This document shows, piece after piece, positions 8,032 through 16,699 of a DNA stretch of 30,722 bases. Positions within the stretch are counted from its first letter, which is position 1. Each line of letters begins with the position of its first letter. Location of the stretch: assembly GCA_030044695.1 (NCBI GenBank), contig JASIDM010000102.1, forward strand, positions 1-30,722. Direction: 5' to 3'. The notes beneath the pieces were generated by a model. That model saw nothing but the letters and a program-made list of their open reading frames with translations, had not been told where the DNA came from and ran no database searches. The translations under genes and the position numbers were made by a program. The DNA comes from Thermoplasmata archaeon (GTDB taxonomy: Archaea > Thermoplasmatota > Thermoplasmata > Lutacidiplasmatales > UBA184).

Positions 8032-11000
8032 ATGGAGTACGGCAAGTGGCGGGCACGTACGTCACTGTTTCGAAACTGTCTGCCGAACTTGACGACTCCG
8101 ACATGTTTTTCTATCGATAGGCGGTCACCCCCGCTGGGGCAGCAGGGGTGCCGGGACCCCGGCTCGACTCCGAACGGAGGCGGAGTGGCCGACCCGGAGG
8201 AACGCGCTCGAGGGCCCGAGGGCCAGCCCGCGGTTCTCCAGCGCGGGCGTGACCCGAGGGTGCCTTGCATCCGAGAAGCTGACTTCAAGGCCGGGCCCGC
8301 GGAGTATCGGTCGCGGAAACGGTGGCCCGGTCGAGGAACCTACTGGGCCAGGGGCCGTTGGGTCGCCCTCGCCGTGTTCTGTTCCGCCCTGATGCTCCTC
8401 ACCTACCAGAGCCCGAACGTCGCGGCGGAAGGAGGTGGCGGCGGTTCGGGAGGGGGAGGGAACGACTCCATGACCGTGCCGTCGTACCCCTACGACGTTC
8501 CGGTCTCGGACTACCCGACGGCCGCCATGCTCCCTACCCGCTCGAACGTCACCGGGGTCGCCGTGGCGCTGCTCCCGGGCTCGCTGACCTCGTACGCCGT
8601 CGTCTTCGCGACAGCGAACAACTCCACGGGCGTGACCAACGCGACCCTGGACTACGCGCAGGCAAGCTACAGTCCCCTCGACGCGAAGGAGATCGTCGCG
8701 AACGGCAGCTGTGGGCTCACGTGTGGCGACCTCCCCATCAACTGGTCGGACAGTTCGGTCGTCGCCTCCTCCTCGAGTCCGTGGTCCGGCCTCCAGATCG
8801 CGGCCATGGGGACGGAACTCGTCGTCGGGGCCACGACGGGCAACGTTACGCATCTCTACAACTGGTCGACCGAGGCGACGGCGTGGGCACCGTTCGGACC
8901 CACCGCCCCGGGCGTCCTCTCCTCAATGGCCGCCGAGCCGTACGCCCTGGTCTTCGCCACGCTCGCGGGAGGCGAGACCGAGCTGAGCACCTTGGGAACG
9001 GAGGGAGCCCTGCTCGGACAGGCGGAACTGGGTCCCGGGCAGACCGAGGATCGAACCGTCCTCAACGCGAGCGTGGTGTTCGTTCCGGAAGGTTCGGGGT
9101 ACGACGAGGCGCTGGTGATCTCGGTCGCGTATCCGAGCCAGATCCTCTTCAGCCAGAGCGCCGACGGCACCTCGTTCTCCACCCCGACCCCCGTCGTGAA
9201 CTTCACTGCCTCCCTGTCAGACTCCCCGCTGCCGAGTGTCGGCCTGACCTCCACGGTCATCCCGGGAGGGCGGGCCGGTCAGCTCGATCTCACGGCGATC
9301 GGCGGCCAGCTGTTCCTGCTCTACACGACGGATGTCTCGGGCCAGACCGTGCCGGCGACGGAAGTGTCGGGGACCTACGGCAGCACCTGGAGCGGCCCGT
9401 ACTTCACCGGTCCCTTGAACGGGACCGCCGTCGACCCGGTGCTGTCGGTAGGACCCACGGGGATCGTCGACGCCGCCTGGCTCGACCCTGCCTACGACTC
9501 GGGGGCTATCGAGGTGGCAACCTACTTCGCCGACGGAACCCCGCTCGACGCCCCCGAGACGGTCCTCTCGTCCGTCGCGGTCGGCCCCACCGCGGAGGGG
9601 CCACCGGTGCTGGCGGTGGACGCCCTCGGTCGTCCCCTGGTCCTCTGGTCGTGGTCGGTGAACTCGACCCCCTCGCTCGGCTACACCGGCGGATATCTTT
9701 CCGCGGAGGCAGCCCTCGCGTATCTCGAGACCCAAGCGACGGAGAGCCTGGGCGGGCCGGACTTTGTGGGCGACCCCGGGGGTGTCTCGCCCGCCGAGGC
9801 GTCCTTCGACACCAACGTGAGCGGCACGGTGCCGCAAGCCGAGGCAGACCTCTCCTCGACCGGACTCTGTGACGCCCAGAACCTGACCCTTACCGTCTAT
9901 CAGAACGTCACGCACGACCCCCTGTCGGTCCAGAACGGCACGGGCACGGTCTGTGCGGCCGACGAGGCGCCCGGCACGGCGAGTTCGCCGCTTCTTACGA
10001 CCCAAGGCGAGGCCGCCCCCAACACCTACCTGGCCGTCTACACCGACTGGGCGCTCGAGGCCGAGGGAATCCCGGTCACCGGCTCGCCCCTGGCCGGGCT
10101 CGCCCCGATTGCCCCGTACGATGAACTGCTCCCGGTGGCCAGCCTGCCACCCACGTCCGAGGACCCAGAGACGGTCCAGGGCGAGACGATCTCGCTCGCG
10201 GCGACGCCGATCCCGTACAGCCCTACCTCCTACGAACTGGCGGTCTCCGGGACCCTGCCGGGGTGGCATCTCGAGGACAATCTTCCGGTCCGATGCCCGT
10301 CGGGAGAGGAGGGGGAGTATCGGACCGGCGGGTCGACCGCCGTGACGAGCGTCTGGGAGACCATCTGGGTCGACGGCGAGGAGCTGGGGACCGTCGACGG
10401 CACCACCTCCTACCCCTCGGTCTGGGTCTACGATCTTGTCCCCGACGAGTCGTACACCTGGTCAATCGGGTTCCACGCGTCCACAACGTCGACGGGCAGC
10501 ACGTACGACAGCTGCGATGGGGTCACCACCCCGTACAGCGCCTCGCCGGGCATACCCGAGGGCTTCGCCCTCTCGGTGAGCGGGAACTTCTCCACGACCC
10601 TGTCGATCACGGCAGGGTCGAGCCTCGTCACGGCGTCGTTCGATCCCGACCAGACCGCCGCCAGCCTATCGACGAGCTTCGGGACCACGCTGCCGACGCT
10701 CGCCTGGGCGAACCTGACGAACCTCTCCGGAGGAGCGCGTCAGTCGGTGGGATCGGACGGCTTCGCGACCTCGCAGGCGTTGACGCTCCCGGACGAACTC
10801 GGGTCCGGGCTCAACTACACGCTCAGCCTCGTGGGCACGAGCCGGCCGGGGACCTCGACCCCTCCCGGTTCGCCCGCCGTGGCCTACCCTGGGGACGGAA
10901 ACTCCTCGGCCGAGCGGGCGACCACGAGCTGCTCGTTCACCGTCTCCAGCAGCCTGCCCAGCGTCTGGACGGCCGCCGCCGGCCCGATCTGGGGGCAGGG

Positions 11001-14000
11001 CGGCTCCACCACCGTGGACGTCTCCTGGTTCTCCGACGTCGACGCCCCGGGGTTCCTCACCTACGGCGAACAGGGGTCGGCCCTCGACACCACGATCTCG
11101 GAGGTCCCGCCGACCTGGGAGAGTTCGGACGTCTGGAACTACACGGTCGAGCTGCACGGACTGGAGCCGACGGCGACGTACGTCGGCTCGGTCGGGGTCG
11201 AGACGCAGCAAGGCTGCCTCACGAACCAGGACGAGGTGCCGCTCCCCACGTTCGGCACGTCCTCCACCCTACTTCGGGGCGCCAAGCCGTGGACCGAAGA
11301 CCTGCCGTATGACTCGGTCACGCAGTCCGGAGGGGGGATCGAGGTCGAGTGGAGCCGTCCGAGCGGGCTGAAGAACGGGACCGTCGAGGGTGGGGTGGCC
11401 ACGATCAGCACCTCCAGCGCCGCCTGGCTGTTCCCGTTCGCCCCGGAACAGGTGACGGGAGGGTCCGGAGCTCCGTTCGAACTCGAACTTGCCCCTCCGT
11501 TCAACAACAGTCAGACGTATACTGTGAGTCTGGAGGTGAACTACACCACGTTCACGTCGCCCGTCTTCTCGAAGGTGTCCGACGAGGAGACCTACCACGC
11601 CGACACGAGCGGCAACGGGCTCACCGACGCCGAGCAGGTGGAGGGATGGGACGTGGACATCGAACCGTGCTCTGCCTACAACGGGACGAAGACGACCTGC
11701 GGGGTGCATGTGCACGCCAAGCAGGGGGCCTACTCGACGAACGGTCTGGCGAGCGACTATCTGGAGAAGGAGCTCGACCTCGATCCGAACACGTTCGACA
11801 CGGCCTCGAGCGGGATGCTCGACCTGTGGAACCTGACGTTCAGCTTGAACGGGAGTGGCGGGACCGAGGAGCCGCTGCCCGCCGGCGTCGAAGCGTGGTG
11901 GGAGAACGGGAGCCTCGATCCGTTCGCCGGGGCGGAGTATCCTGGTGGGCCCGTGCTCGGGGGGGTACCCCTGGCGACGAACCTAACGAACCTCTCGTGC
12001 TCGGCGTTCAGTTGCGCGGGCAACTCCTCGTGGTCTTCGGAGGTGCTCTGGTCGTACGCCGCGCTCCAGGCGTTCACGGAGATGGCGGGATACAAGGCGG
12101 CCACGAGCGACGGAGGGGTGCTGCGGGGCGTCGTGGGGTCGTGGAGGGGGGTTCCCACCCTGACGCTCTGGGGGAAGATGTCCTGGGGAGCGGACCCGCT
12201 CACCAGCTCGACCCCGGACGACGGGTTGGCCGACGGCCGTCGGGTCAACCCGACGGCCGTGGAGGATCTGGACCTGAACGTCAGCTGGGCTCAGGTCTGT
12301 GTCGGGAACCCTTACTCGTCCCCGTTCAACTGGGCGCTGCACTACACGGTCGCTCCCCGCGCGTTGCCGGGCTCTCCCGAGGACCAGGGCTACTCCTACG
12401 AGATCGAGACGACAGCCTACGGAGGAAGCTGTTCGGGGTTCAACTATCAGGTCACGCTCCCGGTCAACAACACCCGACCGTCCCAGAAGGTCACGTTCTC
12501 GTTCGTCGGGAACCTTCACGGGGACGTCGACGACCTGCTGCCGACCTCGACGTGCGCGCCGGAGCTGACGGTCGACTACGACCTGCTGGTCGGGGGCACC
12601 CAGAACCTATCGCTCGATGACAACTGCAACAGCTCGGAGCTGGCGTTCTCGCTCAACGTCTCGGTGAGCGCGGTGGACCTGGGGGCGAAGGTCCCGACGT
12701 ACCTCCTGGTGCCCCCAGGGGACGGCACGCTGAGGACGCTACCGGACGGACAGTCGGAGTATGTGGGGGAGGACGCCTTCGACGTGGTGGTCGTGAACGT
12801 GAACTCCACGACCCCGGTGACCTCGGACCCGATCCCCGAGCCGGACAGCGCCTCGACATACCAGCTGACGCTGCAGCCGGGACCGAACGCGTTCTTGGTC
12901 CCGAGGACCCAGTTCCTGAACACGACGCTGGGGTATGCCCTGCTGCGGAACGAACCGATGCCGGAGCCGAGCCCGTTCTGGAGCGACACGGCCCCGCTCA
13001 TCGGGTCGGCGGAGGCGGAGGCGATGCAGAACCTGACGGGCGACAACTGGGAGGGACCGTTGGGGTCGCTGTCGTGCTACTGGCAGCAGCGGTCCCTGCC
13101 GGAGACTCCAGAGGACAGCGACTCGTCCGGAGTCTGTGGCTTCCCGGAGGGCGGGGTGCTCGACACCAGCCCGGAGTTCGTGAACGTGAACCTCGACGGG
13201 GCGAACGCCACGAGCACGAACGCGGGGGGGTTGCCTTCCGACCCCACCCTGGAGGACGCGACGGATGCCGGGGGCTCGCTGCAGGGGCTCTTCCTGGTGA
13301 ACGTCAACAACACGACATACGACAACCTGACGACCGGTCAGGAGGTCAATCTCGGACCGGTGCCGAGCCTCGATCTCCTGCTGGCGGCGCTGCTGGACAA
13401 CACGACCGAGGGAGTCAACGGCACCATCCAGGAAGTGACTCCTCAGCTGTATGGGCTCGGCCTCTCGTGGGCGGTGCTCACGGCAATCCCCAACGCGACG
13501 CTGGTCTACTCGGCGGTCTACGGCCCACCGACGGAGGTCCAGACGTCGCAGACCGGCGGTTGTTCCTGGCTCGGATGCGTCTGGGAGGCGCTGACGAGCA
13601 TCCCGGAGTGGTTCGTCTACGGTGTGGGCTACTTCTTCTCGGGCGACTGGATCGTGACGTTCGAGGGTTGGGCGGCGTCGGTCAGCCCCGAGCTGTTCAA
13701 CATGCTCAATGGGTTCTTCGAGGGCGTCTGGCACCTGATCGTCGACTTCGCTTCGGTGGTAAACGGGCTCTTCACGGAATTCGGGCGCCTGGTGGAGGGG
13801 GCGTTGGACTCAGCCCTGAACCTCGTGATGGGCTTGGAGGAAAGGGTGCTCGATGCCGCACTGTCACCCTACAACTCCCTAAGATCTGCCTTCGGCAGCG
13901 GAGTCGATGGCGCGGTGGATCCGACGGGGTCGGGCCAGGTCTGGAGCTCACTCTCAGGCCCGCTCTTCTCCGGAGCGTTTCTGGTAGCAGTAGTACTTCA

Positions 14001-14553
14001 GATCGCTACCGGCGTTATCACGGCTCTGTCGCTCGGAGCCGACTTTTTGGTGAACATTCTAGTTAGTCTAGTGTTGGCACTTGGCGTGAGTGCCTTGCTC
14101 TACACTCTGCCTTCGCTAAGTTCCCCGTCCCCATCGATGGTTTATGCGTCTCAGGACTTCGCCGATGAATTCCACTCGCAGGCTGCCCAAGAGAGTAACT
14201 GGACAAGTTGGGCTGACGCCTTTGGGTATTGGGAGAATGGCCTGTCCGACTCTTACGCCGCAGGTCAACTGACTGCCGCTTGGTCCGATGTGAAGGTGAG
14301 TGACTTTGCGTTCGGTGCTCAAGCAGCCTCATTCGCATTCGCCTTAGAGGGGTCAGCTATGGAGTTCTACGCCCAGCACGGTGGCGGTATGCTGGCAACA
14401 ATCTCCGGTATCGTTCTCGGGATGATCAGCGTGCTGCTCGAGATTCCCGGGCTCCTTAAGCCGAGCCCGACGCGAATGCTCGACGGGGCAATATTTGGGC
14501 TGGATGGATCTACTGTTGGGATTAGCATCGCAGAACTAAAAGCTGGGTACTGA
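8032..14553 (+). CDS. Giant secreted protein; putative polymorphic toxin with hydrophobic helical C-terminal domain
   Basis: Signal-like RWVALAVFCSALMLLTY and a Gly linker. FN3/purple-acid-phosphatase-N-like segment (VDVSWFSD...LTYG...VELHGLEPTATY, about 11010-11200). Degenerate TSP3/DxDxDG-type motifs (DTSGNGLTDAEQ at 11602; GADPLTSSTPDDGLADG at 12187). Paired cysteines and a ~330-aa amphipathic/hydrophobic tail. The real start is probably GTG 8185 or 8260. Confidence 0.7.
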   Translation: MEYGKWRARTSLFRNCLPNLTTPTCFSIDRRSPPLGQQGCRDPGSTPNGGGVADPEERARGPEGQPAVLQRGRDPRVPCIREADFKAGPAEYRSRKRWPGRGTYWARGRWVALAVFCSALMLLTYQSPNVAAEGGGGGSGGGGNDSMTVPSYPYDVPVSDYPTAAMLPTRSNVTGVAVALLPGSLTSYAVVFATANNSTGVTNATLDYAQASYSPLDAKEIVANGSCGLTCGDLPINWSDSSVVASSSSPWSGLQIAAMGTELVVGATTGNVTHLYNWSTEATAWAPFGPTAPGVLSSMAAEPYALVFATLAGGETELSTLGTEGALLGQAELGPGQTEDRTVLNASVVFVPEGSGYDEALVISVAYPSQILFSQSADGTSFSTPTPVVNFTASLSDSPLPSVGLTSTVIPGGRAGQLDLTAIGGQLFLLYTTDVSGQTVPATEVSGTYGSTWSGPYFTGPLNGTAVDPVLSVGPTGIVDAAWLDPAYDSGAIEVATYFADGTPLDAPETVLSSVAVGPTAEGPPVLAVDALGRPLVLWSWSVNSTPSLGYTGGYLSAEAALAYLETQATESLGGPDFVGDPGGVSPAEASFDTNVSGTVPQAEADLSSTGLCDAQNLTLTVYQNVTHDPLSVQNGTGTVCAADEAPGTASSPLLTTQGEAAPNTYLAVYTDWALEAEGIPVTGSPLAGLAPIAPYDELLPVASLPPTSEDPETVQGETISLAATPIPYSPTSYELAVSGTLPGWHLEDNLPVRCPSGEEGEYRTGGSTAVTSVWETIWVDGEELGTVDGTTSYPSVWVYDLVPDESYTWSIGFHASTTSTGSTYDSCDGVTTPYSASPGIPEGFALSVSGNFSTTLSITAGSSLVTASFDPDQTAASLSTSFGTTLPTLAWANLTNLSGGARQSVGSDGFATSQALTLPDELGSGLNYTLSLVGTSRPGTSTPPGSPAVAYPGDGNSSAERATTSCSFTVSSSLPSVWTAAAGPIWGQGGSTTVDVSWFSDVDAPGFLTYGEQGSALDTTISEVPPTWESSDVWNYTVELHGLEPTATYVGSVGVETQQGCLTNQDEVPLPTFGTSSTLLRGAKPWTEDLPYDSVTQSGGGIEVEWSRPSGLKNGTVEGGVATISTSSAAWLFPFAPEQVTGGSGAPFELELAPPFNNSQTYTVSLEVNYTTFTSPVFSKVSDEETYHADTSGNGLTDAEQVEGWDVDIEPCSAYNGTKTTCGVHVHAKQGAYSTNGLASDYLEKELDLDPNTFDTASSGMLDLWNLTFSLNGSGGTEEPLPAGVEAWWENGSLDPFAGAEYPGGPVLGGVPLATNLTNLSCSAFSCAGNSSWSSEVLWSYAALQAFTEMAGYKAATSDGGVLRGVVGSWRGVPTLTLWGKMSWGADPLTSSTPDDGLADGRRVNPTAVEDLDLNVSWAQVCVGNPYSSPFNWALHYTVAPRALPGSPEDQGYSYEIETTAYGGSCSGFNYQVTLPVNNTRPSQKVTFSFVGNLHGDVDDLLPTSTCAPELTVDYDLLVGGTQNLSLDDNCNSSELAFSLNVSVSAVDLGAKVPTYLLVPPGDGTLRTLPDGQSEYVGEDAFDVVVVNVNSTTPVTSDPIPEPDSASTYQLTLQPGPNAFLVPRTQFLNTTLGYALLRNEPMPEPSPFWSDTAPLIGSAEAEAMQNLTGDNWEGPLGSLSCYWQQRSLPETPEDSDSSGVCGFPEGGVLDTSPEFVNVNLDGANATSTNAGGLPSDPTLEDATDAGGSLQGLFLVNVNNTTYDNLTTGQEVNLGPVPSLDLLLAALLDNTTEGVNGTIQEVTPQLYGLGLSWAVLTAIPNATLVYSAVYGPPTEVQTSQTGGCSWLGCVWEALTSIPEWFVYGVGYFFSGDWIVTFEGWAASVSPELFNMLNGFFEGVWHLIVDFASVVNGLFTEFGRLVEGALDSALNLVMGLEERVLDAALSPYNSLRSAFGSGVDGAVDPTGSGQVWSSLSGPLFSGAFLVAVVLQIATGVITALSLGADFLVNILVSLVLALGVSALLYTLPSLSSPSPSMVYASQDFADEFHSQAAQESNWTSWADAFGYWENGLSDSYAAGQLTAAWSDVKVSDFAFGAQAASFAFALEGSAMEFYAQHGGGMLATISGIVLGMISVLLEIPGLLKPSPTRMLDGAIFGLDGSTVGISIAELKAGY

Positions 14554-14580
14554 GGGCGCATCACTCCAGTTGGCAGCATC

Positions 14581-15141
14581 ATGGAAGCGTACGGGTTTCC
14601 GGAGCTCGCATCCGGTTTGGAGGCACTCAATCGACCGAAGCGACTCTTGTTGCTCGGCTGGGGGGTATTCAGCGTGATTGTTGGACTCGTTGGAGCGTGG
14701 TTGGCGCTGTCCGGTCTCTCGTTCGACTTTGCCATTCTCCTCATCGCCGGCGTTCCAGGCACGGGAGTCATCTGTTTTGCGGCGGTAATCGCCTTCCCGA
14801 GCGCGCCCATGGCCCTCTCGATTGGGGATTCGGCAGCAAGTTTCAGGATGCGCGACGGTTCCACTAGAGAACTCCACTGGGCGGACCCACCCTCAGACTT
14901 GCTCGTCTACGATATGAGGCCACTTGGTTCAACGTGGGAGGACAACGTCACCCCACGCACCATCGACTTTGTGCTCATAAGCTTCCGATCTCGGCTCCGC
15001 GCCGCTATCCCGCTCGACGCGATGCGTAGCCTGGTGATGACCGCGAGGGAAAACGGCGTAGTCGTTCTGGGGTGGGAAGATACCGTCTCGAACCTCGGCC
15101 CACCAATCAAGGTCCGATTCCGAGCGCGACCGCCCTCCTGA
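14581..15141 (+). CDS. 2-TM protein with PH-like domain; putative cognate immunity protein
   Basis: Starts 27 nt after the giant ORF. Two TMs, then beta-strand-like APMALSIGDSAASFRMRDGSTRELHW and the helix AAIPLDAMRSLV. Confidence 0.65.
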   Translation: MEAYGFPELASGLEALNRPKRLLLLGWGVFSVIVGLVGAWLALSGLSFDFAILLIAGVPGTGVICFAAVIAFPSAPMALSIGDSAASFRMRDGSTRELHWADPPSDLLVYDMRPLGSTWEDNVTPRTIDFVLISFRSRLRAAIPLDAMRSLVMTARENGVVVLGWEDTVSNLGPPIKVRFRARPPS

Positions 15142-15722
15142 CCGTGCTCACGATCGTGGAAGGCGTCGTCCCCGGGGCAGGCTTCATCTTGGGCCTGCTT
15201 GTGAGCGCGCTCGTGTCGGCGGGGGTGCAGGACGCGATCTCGCACTCTCCGCTCGGTGCTGCCTCGCTGGGAGAGTCCCGAGACATCGGCGATGCGGCGA
15301 CGGTGATCCGCGACGCCATCTGTTCGGTCGACCAAGCGAGCTATGAGGCCGCGTGTGGGAACTCCTCCCTCCTGGGCGGATTCTCGGCCGTGGGGTCCGC
15401 GGTTTCCGACGTCGGTGCCTATGCGAGTAGCGGCCTGGCCGGGGAGTTGATCGCCCAAGGGACCGCGAATGACCCCCTCTTCAACGTCGAAGTGGGGTTT
15501 GCCCTGGGGATCTGCGGCATCGCGTTCGCCGGCTATGCGTTTTCGAACAAGGACTGGCAGACTGCCCTCGTCGGCGCGGTAGTTTCCTGGACAGGGTTCA
15601 TCATCGATGAAATCACTCCAGACTTCAATGAACCGTCGCTTGACACCCTTGACACCCTGAGCACGTACATTGACTTCGCGACCGCTCTTGGCTCAACCGC
15701 AGAGTTGGTCGGCTCCTTGTGA
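15138..15722 (+). CDS. Orphan C-terminal module homologous to the last ~190 aa of the giant protein
   Basis: Aligned by eye: GAGFILGLLVSALVSAGV vs GADFLVNILVSLVLALGV, and LDTLSTYIDFATALGSTAEL vs LDGAIFGLDGSTVGISIAEL. Possible GTG start at 15144; may be untranslated. Confidence 0.7.
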   Translation: MTVLTIVEGVVPGAGFILGLLVSALVSAGVQDAISHSPLGAASLGESRDIGDAATVIRDAICSVDQASYEAACGNSSLLGGFSAVGSAVSDVGAYASSGLAGELIAQGTANDPLFNVEVGFALGICGIAFAGYAFSNKDWQTALVGAVVSWTGFIIDEITPDFNEPSLDTLDTLSTYIDFATALGSTAELVGSL

Positions 15723-16267
15723 GGTGGTTCGTGGCTCTCCCTTCCACCGTCCGCTTTGACCTACGTGAACTGCAGGCACGCGCGTGGCGGGCGAGGCAGG
15801 ATCGGCAGAAGTATTTTGTGATGATCGGTGGCCTCGTGCTCATCAATCTCCTGTTCTTCGCAATCTACTACGTCAGGTTCAGCACGCAAGGTCTGAACCC
15901 ATCCACCGAGTTTACTCTGCTTCCTCTCCCGTTCTTGGAAGTCCCGTTCGTCCTAGCACCACTCTCCCTGGCGCAAGGCGCCCACGAGTTGGTTCTGTTG
16001 GACAACGCCATCATACTCCTCTACCCGTCCTCGAAGCAGCGGGTCTACGATCTGACGCGCTCTCGGTGTCACCTAACGATTCGGGGCCATGACAATCCAA
16101 CCTATGGCGTGCGCCAATGGCGAATCTCGGGGGGCCTTCCGTTTAGATCCTACATCCCTCCCGAAGCCAAGGTCGCGATCCTGGACTTGGTCCAGCGTCG
16201 GGGGTTCCCACTACGTCAGAGGGCCTGGCAGGGCGAGACGGTGTTCACGTTCGGTCCGCGGTCCTGA
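15719..16267 (+). CDS. 2-TM protein with PH-like domain; putative immunity protein of the orphan module
   Basis: GTGA start/stop overlap with the orphan. VLLDNAIIL and SYIPPEAK match SIGDSAASF and AAIPLDAM in 14581. The stop abuts the direct repeat. Confidence 0.65.
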   Translation: MRWFVALPSTVRFDLRELQARAWRARQDRQKYFVMIGGLVLINLLFFAIYYVRFSTQGLNPSTEFTLLPLPFLEVPFVLAPLSLAQGAHELVLLDNAIILLYPSSKQRVYDLTRSRCHLTIRGHDNPTYGVRQWRISGGLPFRSYIPPEAKVAILDLVQRRGFPLRQRAWQGETVFTFGPRS

Positions 16268-16311
16268 GCTCCGATCGCGTCGATCCTAAGGCCCTGTCCG
16301 AGCCGCCAGAG
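16268..16311. repeat. 44-bp direct repeat, tRNA-proximal att-like copy
   Basis: Last 11 nt of tRNA-Thr plus 33 nt of 3' trailer; 42 of 44 identical to 7794-7837. Confidence 0.92.
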
Positions 16312-16373
16312 AGAATCGAACTCCCGACCTGCTGATTACAAATCAGCCGCTCTACCGACTGAGCTATGGCGGC
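16301..16373 (-). tRNA. tRNA-Thr(TGT)
   Basis: GCCGCCA/TGGCGGC acceptor stem, D arm, anticodon arm GCTGAT-TTGTA-ATCAGC, GGGAG-TTCGATT-CTCTC T arm; CCA not encoded. Confidence 0.96.
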
Positions 16374-16699
16374 ATTCGTCCAGCATAGGAGCGGGCTACC
16401 GGGGCTTTAGGACTACGCTCTAAGACGAGCCGCCGGACGCGACATCGTACGAAGAGGCCGAGCGCCCCCTGACGATCGAGCCCAGCCCGCAGACACTGGC
16501 GGCGCCTAGGTACGATCACCATACCGCATCAGGTTCGTGATGCGGACCGGAGCGGCGAAGTGAGCGACGGAGGGACGAGCTTCCGGCGAAGGAAGAGCCG
16601 ATCGCCCCCGGCGTCGTCGAGGGGCCGGCGCCACTCCTCCGTACGGTCGGTCAATTCTTATCCGAGGAGAGCATAGGCCGTGCCCGGCAGGGAATCGCG

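Larger units (their letters stand above)
7838..16267. mobile_element. tRNA-Thr-anchored genomic island without its own integrase
   Basis: Bounded by the 44-bp direct repeats, downstream of the tRNA; contains lower-GC segments; no recombinase ORF inside. Confidence 0.72.

Noticed and set aside
8032-8184. ATG 8032 as start of the giant ORF
   Set aside because: It would place about 110 non-signal residues before the hydrophobic core; downstream GTG starts fit better.
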